Positions 41,201 through 54,298 are shown, counted from the stretch's first letter. The stretch is 64,000 nucleotides of DNA from Amoebophrya sp. A120 (GCA_905178155.1 CAJINV010000004.1:2250231-2314230), one strand, 5' to 3'. Notes: generated by a model from the letters alone, not told the origin. A program made the numbers and translations.

Positions 41201-43310
41201 GAACTCACAGAACTCCGCAAGTGCAACAACTGCTGGACGCAAAGTACCGACTGCCCAAATCGCTGCACGAGTGGCTGCTGACGACCAATCAGCAAGGGAA
41301 GAAGACCTGGAGCCAACTCGCGCTAAACAACATCTTTTCGGACATCCACGCGACGCAAAAAGTGTTCATGCGACGAGGTGGTGGAGGACAAGCACAGGGG
41401 GCGTCGTCATCTCATAATAGTAGTAATTTTCAGGGCGGTGGTGCAACTAGTAGTTCCTCGGTCGCAGGAGCTGCTGGCTCAATGGGACACCAAGCGGGTG
41501 GTCGCCGGCTGCCCACTGCAGAGCCGGACGAGGAATCCGAGCCGATGGCGACAACAGGAGGGGTTGTTGCCGCGGCGTCTGCGGCACAACAGTCCGCTCC
41601 CCCGTCGGGATCTCACAAGAGGTCCAAGTCTGCGAAGCGGCGCAGTCGGGAACAGAACGCGAAAAGGCGTTCGAAGGAACAGGTATCGCAAAACGCAGAG
41701 GAGGAAAGTAGAAGTGGAAGAAGCGCAATGTCAATTTCATCTGCTCCTTCGACTTCGAGGCAAGAGCCGGATAACAACTCGGAAGAAACCGCCACCCCGG
41801 AGGAGGTTCTTGCCATGGAAGTAGATGAACAAGATGTTGGTGCAAGAACAGACAAAAACCGGACCGGGACTGCCAATGCGCAGCAAAGGGCGTCTCGGCC
41901 GCGCGGAAGGGAACCCGTACGAGCGACAGGAGCAGCTTCGTCCCAACAGCAGCAACTTGTAGCTCCTCCCGTGGAAGTTGTAGATGATGATGCTGACGAC
42001 GACGATAAAAACGACACACCACAGCAACAAGCACACGAAGAACAACTACATCAACCTCGTTCATCCGCCTTGACAGCAGTAGACCAGCTGAGAGCACATT
42101 TGTTCGCGATGTGGCAAAAGGAGAAGCCGGAATCTCTACTCGTAGAAGCGGAGAAGGTACTGCATCCGTGGAGCGAAAAGTTTATGCACTGCAAAAATGT
42201 CTGGGTCTGGAAGGTTGGAAGTTGTCATGCTAAATCTGAATCATGCAAAAATCTGTGCTGCATGATTACCACATGCTGTCCCCTTTTGATCAAGTTCAGA
42301 GGCAGTTTCCCATGCAGGATAGGCATGATAGTTATCTCACGGAATCTGTCATGCTAGGTCCCGCATTCCAGACCTCATGGGTCATGGAAAATCAGCATGA
42401 CAAGTTTACATTCTTCCAGACCCAGACGTATTTGTTTTTCATAGAGCTGGGCGGCCTGCAATACGAGGAGGACGTCGCAGATTGGCAGGAGTGGGTAAGA
42501 GAGGTGCTCTACGAACCCAGGAAACAGAAGGTGAAGCAGGAGAAAAAACAAAAGAAAGGGAGTGCAGCTGCCGCAACTGCAGGAGGAAGTAGTAGCATTG
42601 GCAAGTATCAGGACGACGGTAATAATGTTGATATCCTGTGCAAATAAAGCATGGCACTGGTGTGGAAGGTCGCAACTACTACCCTGAATGTTGACAGTAA
42701 TGTACTTTCCATTATACCGAGGTATGCTTATGCATGGATCAAATTTTGGGCATGGAAATTCTATTTTCTTTCTATCATGATGGAAGAGCCCTTGTCATGC
42801 GAGTTTGCCTTAGTGCGTTGCTTTTGCTTTTGCGATGCATAAACGGCAATGACCAGCAACTCGAAGCGGAAAAAGCCTACTTGAAGGAGGTGCTGAATGT
42901 TGCGTCAAAACTGAAGAAACAGCTGCCGATGCGAAGTAAGTTTCTGATTTCCATATGAGAAAAATTGTCTTATTTTCAACCCGTCTTTCGGGATAAGTTG
43001 CCCCTTTTAATACGTGGCCTTTGTTCCTGTCATCGATTTGATAGATACAGAGCTTTAAAAATATTTTGTGCATGATCTTCTTCCCGTTCATCTTGGAAGG
43101 AAGTTCTTCTCCTGGTGCTCCGAAAAATTGATATAAATCTATCTATCAGGGAGTAGATCGCAAGCCCGCTCGAAATCCCGGGATCGGGGTGTAGGTCCGG
43201 AGCGAGGTGGTCGCAATCCGCGGGAGCCGTCACGAGGTCGCGTGGCGCAGCGAGAAAGAGCAGAAAGACGGCAGATGCAAGAAGAACAAGACGCAGAAGA
43301 TGACGCGGTA
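32300..43310 (+). CDS. Hypothetical very large Q/S/A-rich low-complexity protein or proteins with coiled-coil segments (boundaries uncertain)
   Basis: ORFs 32831, 33707 (944 aa), 37869, 38430, 38980 and 40858 (499 aa). In-frame joins such as EQL|VCAR, LAL|DVEV and SRA|RRRN. Confidence 0.55.
32376..32687. mobile_element. Family I element with an imperfect TIR of about 55 bp
   Basis: TATGGGAGTGTCAGGATTGAAATCGACAGAGTTGAAATAA... is inverted at the right end, which terminates in ATG; DR ACCGG/GCCGG. Confidence 0.82.
32745..33008. mobile_element. Family A introner
   Basis: Family A TIRs; DR GTGCC/GTGCC. Interior similar to 80-341 and 51551-51813. Confidence 0.93.
37259..37513. mobile_element. Family A introner
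   Basis: Family A TIRs; DR CAGCT/CAGCT. Confidence 0.93.
37548..37858. mobile_element. Family C introner
   Basis: Family C TIRs; DR CGCCC/CGCCC. Confidence 0.93.
38079..38442. mobile_element. Family H introner
   Basis: TATGACAGTGCACA...TGTGCACTGTCATA; DR GCGCG/GCGCG. Confidence 0.9.
39783..40047. mobile_element. Family A introner
   Basis: Family A TIRs; DR TTCGA/ATCGA. Confidence 0.9.
40103..40364. mobile_element. Family A introner, inverted relative to 39783-40047
   Basis: Family A TIRs; DR GGAGA/GGAGA. Confidence 0.92.
40547..40901. mobile_element. Degenerate family B element
   Basis: TATCCTGTGTAAA...GACGTTTTTGCACAGGATA. The DR is decayed (CCGGA/CGCTA), but removing the element plus 5 bp keeps the frame. 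Confidence 0.65.
42183..42443. mobile_element. Family A introner, diverged
   Basis: Family A TIRs; DR AAGTT/GAGCT. Confidence 0.82.
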
Positions 43311-45292
43311 TGTTTTTTTCGGTTGGAGTGCAACTCGAAGAACTTTTTGCGCCACATTATGACAAATAAAAAAGATCCTTTTTGTTCCATCAGGAGAAAT
43401 AAAAGCTAAACCGCACAATACTATAAACACAAAGGTTCTCGACGCGGCCGAAGCGCAGGCAGCACAGGAACGCACTGGGACTTTTGCACCGAGGGCGCTC
43501 TTGCAGAAAGTTGGTGGTTGGTTCGGTAACTTAAGAGGTGGCGGAACTGACGACAGTAGTCGAGGAGGAAATCTTCCTGCGCCGTAATTTTGTAGATTAA
43601 GAGTTCCGCGACGAGTGGTTGTTCAGGGTCTTGCTTTTTCAAAATGATCTATAATCATTCTACTGAATTGCAAATCTAGCAGGTTGCGCAGCTGCTGTGA
43701 CGAGCAAACGCGCAGCGATATAGTTACGATAAGATTTTTAAACTTGAAAGCATGCGCATACAAAAATGCACAAGCGTCTTAATACAACTTTTACAACAAT
43801 GAACGAGAGGGATAAAAATGAGAAAGATACTGTAGCTGTAAAGGATACAAGCACAACATCAACAATGAACCGCGCTACTAGAAGATGAACCGCACGGGAT
43901 CATCATCATTCTGCAGTAGTGCTCTGCTTGCTACTCGAGCTGCTGGGCAGAATTTTTAGGAACACTATCACTGCCCTAAATTCAAGGAGCGACGACCAAG
44001 GCGGTGAGCTATGCATATGATAAGTACAACCATAAGTCTGACGAAGGGAAAGAGCCACCTGCTGGCGCCCATGCCTCTTGGGCTCATCATACGACGTCAG
44101 AGGTGAGGTGAGGCCACTTGCATCTTCAGGTAGTTTTTTTTTATCTGCAGGCTTGACTTCTTCTTGTAGAAGACAGTCAGCCAGAGTCTGTTTAAGTACT
44201 AGACTACCTTCGTCAATATTGCTTTTCTACGCACAGCATGTCTTCCATAAACACCTTTTTGGTTTTTCTCCGTTATTTATGTTTTTTGTCTGAGAATTTA
44301 GCAAAGCCCCTGAAGTAGGAAAACAGCACTGGCCACGCGCCAGTTAAGAATAAAGAGGTACGTCAAGAACTGCTCATCATAAAATTATTTGCATCTATTT
44401 TGCGCGCTTGCACGTGCATTGGATTTATGAGGTTTTTAGTACAAAAAATCAGAACACGGTGTAGCTCCATCATTTTTGTTGCGAAGCATGCGAAACGTAT
44501 TTTTCTGTGCTCAAGATAAAGATGAAGATGAACCACTTCATCAACTTTCAGGTTTCACCTTGCGAAAAGAAAATTGCAGACAGATCGTGGTGGCGCCGTT
44601 CTTGCATTTTTGCTACGCAGGGCTTCTACTATGATCCAAAGCAGGAGCAAAGCACCTTTATCAATGTTCCTGTTTCCACTTGGATGGTTTTCATTGCATG
44701 TTTTTCAGTTCAGTCGTACAAGAAATGTGACTTTGATAGTTCTTTTTGTCACAACTCGGTTAACAGATGCAGCGACAAAAGTTCTCGAGCCATTAAATTT
44801 CTATGTCTAGTACTTCTTTGTGTGCCATCAACGACATGTTGAATCGCATCGGTAGTTGTACTCCATCGCGTCTCCGTGTCCGTCCATCTGATCGTGCTTG
44901 TGGTATAATGTTCGTTTTTCGTTCAATTTTGTCGTTCAACTTAACCATTTTCGTCCGCATCGTTTCCGTTTGTCTGTCTTTTTGCAACCTGGTGACCAGG
45001 TGGCTGTCGTCAACAAAGAAATGCCTCGTGCTGTTTTTCATCTTCATCGTGTTTCATCAACATTGAATCTACACGTACACTTCGATAATCAGTTCATTTT
45101 CTACCCCAGTAGTACCACTTACCCGCTTTGAATTCTTTATTTTCTTTACGCCCAATGCCAATATAATTTAAATTTTCTGTGAATTTGACAACCCCGTATC
45201 TGTGATGAAGGCCGCCCATTTATTATTGTACTATTGTTGCGTAGAAATCAGTTCGCATTGGTAGGTTTTGCGTATTGATTGTATTCAGGACG

Positions 45293-48200
45293 ATGCCCGA
45301 GCCCGACGAGGGGGAGGCACAGATGAACATTACAGCCAAGAACCCAACTGAAGGGCAGGGTGACGTGGTCGACCAGGAGATGACAACACCAGGTCCGCAA
45401 GAACACCAGGTCGTCCAAGAGCAGCAGGGCATGGCCTTTGCGAGTCTGCTGCACAGTCAGGATATTTTGCAGCAGGAGGAGGAAGAGAAGTTAATAGCAG
45501 TAGCACGAGCGTCATCGAAGGAAAGAAAGGTAGCAGAAGGCGAGGACGAGCACACGGCTGAGACAGTTGTACGAGAGCCTTCACCGGATGAGGGCCAGCA
45601 GGATGAAAAGCAAAATGCAGGATCTTCCCCGACTTTGATCGACATCGACGTCGGGGCCATGCTGGGCCCGATCTTGGATCACCTCGACGAGGAAGAGAAG
45701 GAGGTGAAGAAGCAGGTGCAGATCGCGGAAGTCGAGGAGGCAAAGACCACCGCGAATACTAGTAAGTCTGGTCGGCTGGCCGGAACAGCAGGCTTGTCCA
45801 TTTTGGGGCGGTGGAAGAAGAAGGTGCGCCAACTGCAGATGGGCATGCGGGTGGCGAAAACCCTGGATGAGCTGCACCAAGCGGTGAGACAGAAAGACCC
45901 CGTGCTTTTGAACCAGATGGCGCCGTTGCAACGGCTGATCACGCAGGGGTCGGAGAAAATGATCACCGAGGTGGCGACCGCGGTGCCGAAGGACGACTTG
46001 TTCCGAAAGAGAGGGGACGAGGATATCAAATGCAAATATGTCTGGGTCTGGAAGATTGGAAGACTTGTCATGCACATTTTGCATAACCCATGATGTCTGT
46101 GATGAATGCGGTAGCATCACAGTTTTTCTGAGGGCCTCCTGATGCCTATACCGCATGAGAAATGCCCACTCGGCGTAGCAAAGACACGACTTCTCTTGCT
46201 GCTTATGCAATACAGATTTTTTTAGAATCCAAGGACAGCATGACAGGTTGCATCCTTCCAGACCCAGACATATTTGCAGTGCATAGAGGAGGTTGAGAAG
46301 CAACTCCTGCTGGACGCGCAAAACGTCGACATCCTGGACGTGCTCCAGGAGGTGGAGATTTCCGACCACCAGAAACAGATGGAGATGATTGACAAGCGGG
46401 GACGGCAGGCCGCGAAGGAGGAGCGGAAGCGGCAACGGCAAGCGAAGTACAAGCAGCAGGCGCAGGATAAAGCACTAAAAGTTTTATTCTTCGACCAGAA
46501 TCACCATCCCTATCAAATGTAAAAATGTCTGGGTCTGGAAACTTGTAATGCTGCGTTGGGAAAAGTGAATGCTCTGTAATGCACGGGCAAGCATGAGACA
46601 TCTCTGCGCTTCTTTGTGTTGCGTTTTTCGCATGACAAACTGCGTTTTTGCATGACAGGCAACAGGGTCTCTTCTTGGACACGCATCACAAGCTTTGTGG
46701 TCCTGCCAGACAAGCATGACAAATCTCGCAATTTTCCAGACCCAGACACTTTTACATTTGATAATCCCTACCGCCGGTCAAAATCCACCGGGACCTCGAA
46801 GTCCTCGTTGGATCTCGGCACGGAGGAAAGTAGGGACTCCTCGGAAGAAAAGATGAGAACAACCGGAGCTTCTCCTGCGCAAGAACAACCGCATCAGTTG
46901 ACGGGGAGCCACCGTGGCACGCACCCAAGCACGACGGACAGCTCGTTTCAGTCCATGCGGAGGAAGTCGAAGGACCTGCTCGCGCAACAGCAGGATTACG
47001 TCGTGAGGCCGCGGAAGAACAGCCGGGACCGGCAGGTTTCGGGGGCGGCGTACCCGGACCCAAGGGAGCCGTTTCCCGTCACCCCCGAGGAGAAGCGGAA
47101 AGCGCGGTTGTGGCGGATTTTCAAGCGGTCGGAAGACGCCAAGGTCTCCGTGGCGAAACACAATTTGCGCGCGAAGCTGCAGAACAAGCCGCCCGCCCCC
47201 GGCGGCGTGGCGGACTTCCGGAAGGGCGCGAAACGCAACCTGCCCTTCCCCCGCGACGCGATCGCGCGGGCGGCACTGACAAACTTAACGTACCAAAACG
47301 AGCTGATATCCAAGAAAAACTCGCTGCAAAACAACCTCGGGAAGGTATCAAACCGAAAAATCCCCCCTCCCCATATCGAAAACGAAATTTGCGATGCTGG
47401 ATTTGAGTACACAAATCGACTTGTAATGCTGGAAGGCCAAGAGCCGCAGTTGTGGCCTCGGGTGCAGGCAATTTGTCATGCTGTTTTCCACTTCCAGTTG
47501 CTCTCTGTCATGCTGAAGGCGCAAGGCTTTCCCACGCCAACCAGCACCACGCTCCGCATGTCTTTCCTTCTAGCATGACAGAGCTGATTTGTCACCACAA
47601 ATCTGCATCACAAATTTCTAGTTTGGGGTGGGGGGATTTTTCATTTTTATAGAAGGTGATTGCGCGGCCGGAGCAGTTCCCGTTCACGTCGGAGGAGCTG
47701 GAGCTGGCCGGGTTATCAAACGTAAAAATGTCTGGGTCTGGAAGAATCCGAACTTGTGATGCTGCATTTGGATTCTAAAAAAATTTTTATTGCATGACCA
47801 GCAAAGGATATGCAATTTTGGCTACGCGGCGAGAGCATTTGTCATGCGGAATACGTATCACGAAGCCCTCAAAAAGTCTGTGATGCTTGGGCATGCATCA
47901 CAGACATCGTGGCCCATGCAAAACGTGCATGACAAGTTTCAGAATCTTCCAGATCCAGACATTTTTACATTTGATACGGGTACGGGGAAAACGAAAACGC
48001 GGAGACGAACCCCTTTCCGGATGTGCTGCACAACATGTCGGGGAGTAATTCCACGATGGGGGGTAATATAGGCGCGCAGCTGGGGTCCTACATGGAGACC
48101 AACTTTGGAGACGAAAATATTACTACCCATTCGGTTGTTCAACATGACCTCGAGAAGATGTTGGAACAGCAGGCACACGCCCACGAAGCAGGTCTGAGCG

Positions 48201-51200
48201 GACCAATGTCCGTCGATTTGGAGCAGTTCCGGGATATTTCCTTGCAGTCCCTGGACCCCTCGGAAATCATGCCGGCTGCTGTTGCGGCCACGGTCACCCA
48301 GCAGGCGGAAAAGCTGCAGGAAACGCTGCGGAAGAAACCGGCAAAGAGGCTGCACAAGGACATGGTGCAGGAGTCGCAGGCGCGGTCGCCTTGGTCGCCA
48401 CTGCCCAAAACGGACGTAGAGGAGATTCTGCTGGAACAACAGAAAGCGAAAGCGAACACGGGCATCAACCTGTACCACCCCCTGGCGAACCCGACGGACC
48501 GCTTTTTGCCCAGCTTTCTCTTCCCCCACCCGGCGGTCCACGGGGACTACGACTTTTTTCACGAAGACTTGCCCTATCTGATTCAGAAGCAGCAGCTATC
48601 CAATCGATGGAGCAAAAGTCGTGCGTTTAAAATGATCGCATGGTCGTATGAATTGCATAGATAAATGATAGGCAAAAACATGAAAATGATCCCTTTTCCT
48701 TTACTTAAAACTCGTTTTAGAATTACATCAACAATAAATAAAAATGCAATTGGTACTAAGTGCGATTATACCGATACATCACGTACTAGTACTTTTGCAA
48801 TGCATAGCAGCACCAGAAGCACGACCTGGAGGACCACGAGTACTTGATTCTGCCCATGGCCCGGTTTGCTAACGAGCCTTTGGTCGGCGAAAACCGGGTG
48901 CGCTTGGTTTTGTCGAAACTGGAAAAATTCCCGATGCTCCGGAAGAACAACGGCATGTCCCTGCTACCCCCACTACACAAGAACATCCCGAAGGCGCCGA
49001 AGAAGAAGCCGAAGATCTTCCCCCCGAAGGGCGTCGCGGATATGTTGAGGAAGCGGAGGGAGAAGCCGCACGTAACCCACCCGCTGGCGATCTACCACGA
49101 CGCGGTCGTGGCGATCGAGGAGCGGTGTAAGGCCATGAAGGAGGAGTGCCGGAACAAGCTGAAGGAAAACCAGCTGCGTTCGCGGCGGATTTGCATCAAG
49201 AACGCGCAGCTGCCGCATTCCCGGCGCCGGCAGGTGTTGAAGCAGATCGCCTGCAAGCGGTCGGAGTTGAAGAAGCGACAGTTTTTGGCCGTGAAGCCCG
49301 TGATCAAAGCTGCCGACCCGCCCCCGAAAAAACCCGGGAAGGCGGGCGGCCGCTGGCGGGCGGGCTTCGCGAAGATCACGGGCAAGATATCCTGAGTAAA
49401 AACGTCCCCATTGTACCAGAGTCAAGATGGGGAATCGGCTAGACAAGTCCACGAGTTTTGGCTGTTTTGCATGACAAATTCGGAGTCGCAGTGTAGTGCT
49501 GTTTGAGGTAGTTCAGTAGCATCACAGATCTAGTGCATCACGCTGATAGGCGCATTACAAATTCTCGAACACGACCAGAAAATGCTTCTCATGTGTCTCC
49601 GCATGACAACCATTTTGAGCATGCCGATTTGCATGACAGCTCTGGGGTCGTGGGGACGTTTTTACACAGGATACAAGATGCCGCCGACGGAGCGGCCGAG
49701 TTCGGGCGGCGGCAAGAAGTCGCTCTTCATGGCCGCCTTCACGGACCGGGCCGACAGCGACGAGGAGCCCATTGAGGACGTGGAAGTAAAACCGGACACG
49801 CGGCTAGAATTGGACAAGCTCGAGTCCGTCGACAGCACGACCGTGACCGCGCTGTTGAGTCCGCGATACGACGGTTCAACCATGAACCAGGTGGTGCGCC
49901 CGGCGGTGACCAGCGGGCCCAAGAACAAGCACGCGTGGCCGCTGCCGGAGGAATCCAACCTGACCGTCACCCCCTCGACGCAATTCTACCGGGACTTGAC
50001 CCTGCAGGGCCCCTGGTACCAGGGGGGCATGTCGCGCGTGATTCAGACCATGCAAAACGAGCAGCCCCAGAACACGAACGCGGGTGTGGATGCGGCGAAT
50101 CTGCTGAAGAAGCAGGACAAGCACCAGCTCCGGGAGTACTCCATCAAAGACACCGCGGACTGGTATCCTGAGTAAAATCGTCCCCACCCCGATCCCAGAG
50201 TTGTGATGCAAATGTGCAATGACAGCAACATTTGTAATGCGCAGTTCCATGAGAGGCATTTCCAATCGTGTTTTGGAATTTGTAATGCCGTAAACAGGAT
50301 GAGAAAATGGCTTTCTAATGCGGCTCCCCTTGCCAACCACCACTACACTGCAGAGCGAAACTTGTCATGCACAGCTCCCAAAACTTGGAGACTTGCGTTG
50401 CTAGATTCCCAACTTGACTATGGGGTGGGGACGTTTTTGCTTGGGATAACTGGCGCATCCTGTTCGACTGTTTCTACCCGAAGGATCGGACGAAAAAGCC
50501 GCGGAAGCACCCGATCCTGATCCGTACGGAGCAGACGACGAACGCGAGGTTGATGTTCTCGGAGACGCTTTCGATGGTGTTGCGGTCTTTGCATTTGCAC
50601 CCACTCGGGGACACGAAGCAGATGCACTTACAGGTAAAGGAGCTGGTGGAGTACCGGGCAAACGCGGCCAGGATGCAGCTGTCGAAGATTTTCAAGAAGG
50701 AAGTGAAGCAGAAACCGACCAAGTGGAACAAAGACACCTTCACCACCACTATGCAGATGTTCCAGCAAACCGAATCGCCCGCGATGTTCGAGCAGGCGCA
50801 ACTGAGCACCGACTGGTACACTGGGCCCCGGGACAAGCAAGCGTCCCTGCCCACGAGCAAGGAGGTCCGGCGGGTGCTGGCGCGGCAACTGGACTACTAC
50901 GTCACGTGCACGGACGAGTTTATCGACGCGTTTCGACAGGATTTTCCGCCGCTGGACGAGGATACCCAGGCCATGCTATGGTGAGCAAAAACGTCCCCAC
51001 CCCAGAGTCAAGATGGCAAATCTGCTTATACAAATCAACCAGCTTTGGCTGTTGCGCATCACAAATTTGGGCTCGCAGAAGTATAGTCGTGTTTAGCTAG
51101 TGAAGCAGCATCACAGCTCTAGCATACCATGCGGATGCGAGCATCACAAATCGCAAAACACCAGCAAGGCCTGCTTCTCATGGGTCTCCGCATGAGAAAC

Positions 51201-54200
51201 ATTTTCAGCATGCAGATTTGCATTACAACTGTGGGTTGGGGACGTTTTTACAAATGATATATGCTGGACATGGGCTTGGAGGAGTACCACCCGAAGTTCT
51301 GCACAGTGGACCACTTTCTCGAGGTGTTCCAGGCGTTGCGCGCGAACCACGGGTTCAGCAACAACGAGCTGGACGGGATCACCTACTGGTTTTTGAAGCA
51401 CCCCTTCTCCGCGGAGTCAGTCCGCCGGTTTTTGCTGCGCTGGGGCTACGCGACGGACTTCGAGGTGCTGTGGGACAGCGCGCGACAGGTGATTCCGGGA
51501 ATCGTGAAGAAGGAGAAGTCAACGAACACAAACAGTACCCAACTACACTCTATCAACTGTAAAAATGTCTGGGTCTGGAAGGATCCGAACTTGTGATGCG
51601 AGTTGCGGATCATACAAAGATCTGTGTTGCATGACTGGCAAAAGGTGCTCACTTCTGGCCATGCTGAGAGGGTATTTCTCATGCAGAATAGGCATCACGA
51701 AGGGGCTGCAGAACCTGTCATGCTAGGCCCCGCATTCCAGACTTGACAGAGCTTGGAAAAACTGCATGACAAATTTCGGAATCTTCCAGACCCAGACATA
51801 TTTGCAATGCATACACTCCGTGTCCCAGTTGTCCCTAGATGCGACGGGGGGCGCGAACAACCAAAGCCAGTTGCGCCAGGGCAAGGGACGGAGGTCTCTC
51901 TCCAAGATGGACAGCGTGGTCAGCAACGTCGACGAAAGCAAATTCAAGCCCTTCGAAAGCGTCGGCGACAGCTCGGCGTACTGTTTATTTTTTATTTGAA
52001 TTTTGTATTTCGTATTCGTACTACTACTATTCTATGAAGTTTTTCTTAAGATGTCAACGTAGTGCACTCCCTTGTTGTGCTGCTCCGTTTACTCATCGGG
52101 TCGGATGGTCTTTCAAGTGCTATACACATCTGGAACTTGTAGCAATGAACACACATCACAGGTCTTCGAACAACGAATCCGCCGAAGAGTGGGAACTGCC
52201 GGCTAACTGCAAGCTGTGCGTTATGCTGAGCAAAAACGTCCCCACCCCAGAGTTGTCATGCAAATCCGCATGCCAAGAAAGTTGCTCATGCGGAGCCCCA
52301 TGAGAAGCATTTTGTAGTCGCGTTTTGGAATTTGTGATGCTAGAATAAGCATGATAAGCTAGATTTGTGATGCTGCTGAAATAGCAAAACAGCACTACAA
52401 TACGAGAACAAACTTGTCATGCCAAACAACCAAAGCTGGTTGTTTGTCTAGCAGATTTCCCATGTTGACTCTGGTGTGGGGACGTTTTTGCACAGGATAT
52501 GCGTCCCCCAGATCGCGTACGTGCTGCAACACCTCATCGCGGCCCAGGAATTGAAGGTCCGGAAGGTTTACGAGGAGTGTGTGAAGGAAGACCAGCGGCA
52601 GCTGCTCGCGAGTGGCAAGTCCGGCCCGGTCGAGGATTTGCCGAGGTTGAGCGATACCCATTTTGACGAGGACTTCCCGCGGTTGCGGTACGCGCCGATT
52701 CCGAGTGAGACCGTTTTGTCCCTGTTGCCGTTCTATCAAATGCAAAAATGTCTAGGTCGAGAAAGTTGGAACTTGTGATGCTGGCCTTACATTCCTGAAA
52801 AATCTGTATTGCATGACCAGCAAAAGACGTGGCGTCTTCTGTCATACAAAAACGCAGTTTCTCTTTTGCAGAAAGCGTATGAGAAATAACCGTTCTGCAA
52901 ACTTGTCATGCTTGGCTGCATTGGGAAGCGCTTTCATCATGAACAGTTCAGCATCACAGATTTCCAGACCCAGACATATTTGCAATGCATACGTTCCCGC
53001 CCTACGTGTCGTTGATGCAGCCCGTGCCCGCGATCTACACGCAGGACGCGCTGCGGAAGTTCGTGCGCCAGGTGATTCAGTCCCACGGCTTCTCCACGTC
53101 GTTCCTGATGCTCGCCCGGAACTGCTTCTACCGGATTGTGGACAAGACGCCCGACCTGATCGACCTGAACGCGCAATTCTACCTACCGGAGGTGTTGGCG
53201 ACGGACGCGGATATCGTCTTCGACAGGTACCACACACGGGAACAGCGCATCAAGCCGGAAGACGGGTCCTTCATTCTGCCGCCGAATAGCCCGCTGCTGC
53301 CGGATGCTGCGGCGAGCGGAACTGTATTAGGAAACAATAGCAACTCAAGTGCGACATCAATATTACATAGCGCGAATCAGGATGACAACATGAATTCTAG
53401 TCCGCTGACGTTGAACCGGGAGCAGACGAGCCTAACGCAGCTGTCCACCATGTCGGCTGCGAGTGTGATGACGACGGGAACGGACGGTAGGCCGAAGAAG
53501 CGGTTTAAGCGCCAGTTGTCTTCCTCCCCCAATAACAATCCGGACCCGACTTTTTGGTCGGACACCTTTCACATTATGGAGCGCAAAAAGTGGGACAACA
53601 AGCACTTCCTCCACCCGCGATTCTTCTCCTGGTGGATCCAGAAGATGGGTTTCAACAGTTGCAGTGTGTACGATCTGACCTTTCTGCAGCGGAGAAAAGA
53701 GCCGTTAGACTTGTACGACTGCCTAGAAATTCTCCGGCCTTTACTGGAAAACGAAAAGTTCATGATCTCTCAACTGTTTGTCCTCTATGTGATCACGCCG
53801 CCCCGACCCCTCCGCACCTACATCTCCGGACCCAAAGAGTTCCCGGAGGCGGACGCGCCGCGCGGGTATTTGTTATTATCTTTCGACGAGGCGCAAGAGA
53901 TGGCGGCGCAGGGCCACGACCCGCACAAGGTCGAGGTGCTGATGGGGCTGCGAGACGACGGGAAATCCCGGGTCGACATGGACGTGTTGTTGCAGATCTT
54001 CTTAACACTCACCGCCTTCCCACGGGACCGGATGGACCAGGAGTGCCTCGAGGACTTCAAGCTCGATTTTGTCAACGCGTCGATCGAATCGACGGTGGAA
54101 GCGGGGGAGAAACAGCACGACGGCGGGGAAAAGATCGCGCTCAACTTTTTCAACGTGGTCAAGATGCTGAACAAGATCCGGATCGCAAGTGCGCTGGACG

Positions 54201-54298
54201 CGGAGAGGGGCATTTTGAAAACGAGAAAGAAAAAAGCGATGAGCAAGGTCAAGGCCATGATGAAAATGGGAATTCTGGGCGGCATGAAATCTTCATGA
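45293..54298 (+). CDS. Large hypothetical protein interrupted by 11 TIR introns and at least one probable GT-AG intron (about 51978-52161)
   Basis: All 11 element+DR removals join adjacent ORFs in frame (DEE|VEK, HP|YRR, GKV|IAR, AGY|GEN, QQH|QKH, GKM|PPT, DW|RIL, AML|DMG, LHS|VSQ, LCV|PQI, PF|PPY). Confidence 0.75.
46024..46285. mobile_element. Family A introner
   Basis: Family A TIRs; DR GAGGA/GAGGA. Confidence 0.93.
46511..46763. mobile_element. Family A introner
   Basis: Family A TIRs; DR ATCCC/ATCCC. Confidence 0.93.
47346..47651. mobile_element. Family C introner
   Basis: Family C TIRs; DR GAAGG/GAAGG, which allows a GT-AG reading at 47345-47655. Confidence 0.9.
47714..47976. mobile_element. 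Family A introner
   Basis: Family A TIRs; DR CGGGT/CGGGT. Opposite orientation to 46024-46285. Confidence 0.93.
48597..48806. mobile_element. Degenerate family E-like introner
   Basis: TATCC...GCAAAAGT at the left and ACTTTTGCAATGCATA at the right; DR GCAGC/GCAGC; frame restored on removal. Confidence 0.75.
49388..49673. mobile_element. Family B introner
   Basis: Family B TIRs; DR CAAGA/CAAGA. Opposite orientation to 52222-52499. Confidence 0.93.
50164..50448. mobile_element. Family B introner
   Basis: Family B TIRs; DR ACTGG/ACTGG. Confidence 0.92.
50977..51259. mobile_element. Family B introner
   Basis: Family B TIRs; DR CATGC/TATGC. Confidence 0.9.
51551..51813. mobile_element. Family A introner
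   Basis: Family A TIRs; DR CACTC/CACTC. Confidence 0.93.
52222..52499. mobile_element. Family B introner
   Basis: Family B TIRs; DR TGCGT/TGCGT. Interior close to the BiP copy at 21284-21562. Confidence 0.93.
52734..52991. mobile_element. Family A introner
   Basis: Family A TIRs (left end diverged); DR CGTTC/CGTTC. Confidence 0.9.

Noticed and set aside
42632-42841. Possible family E-like element TATCCTGTGCAAA...TTTTGCGATGCATA
   Set aside because: The flanks GTTGA and AACGG do not form a DR, so it is too degenerate to call.
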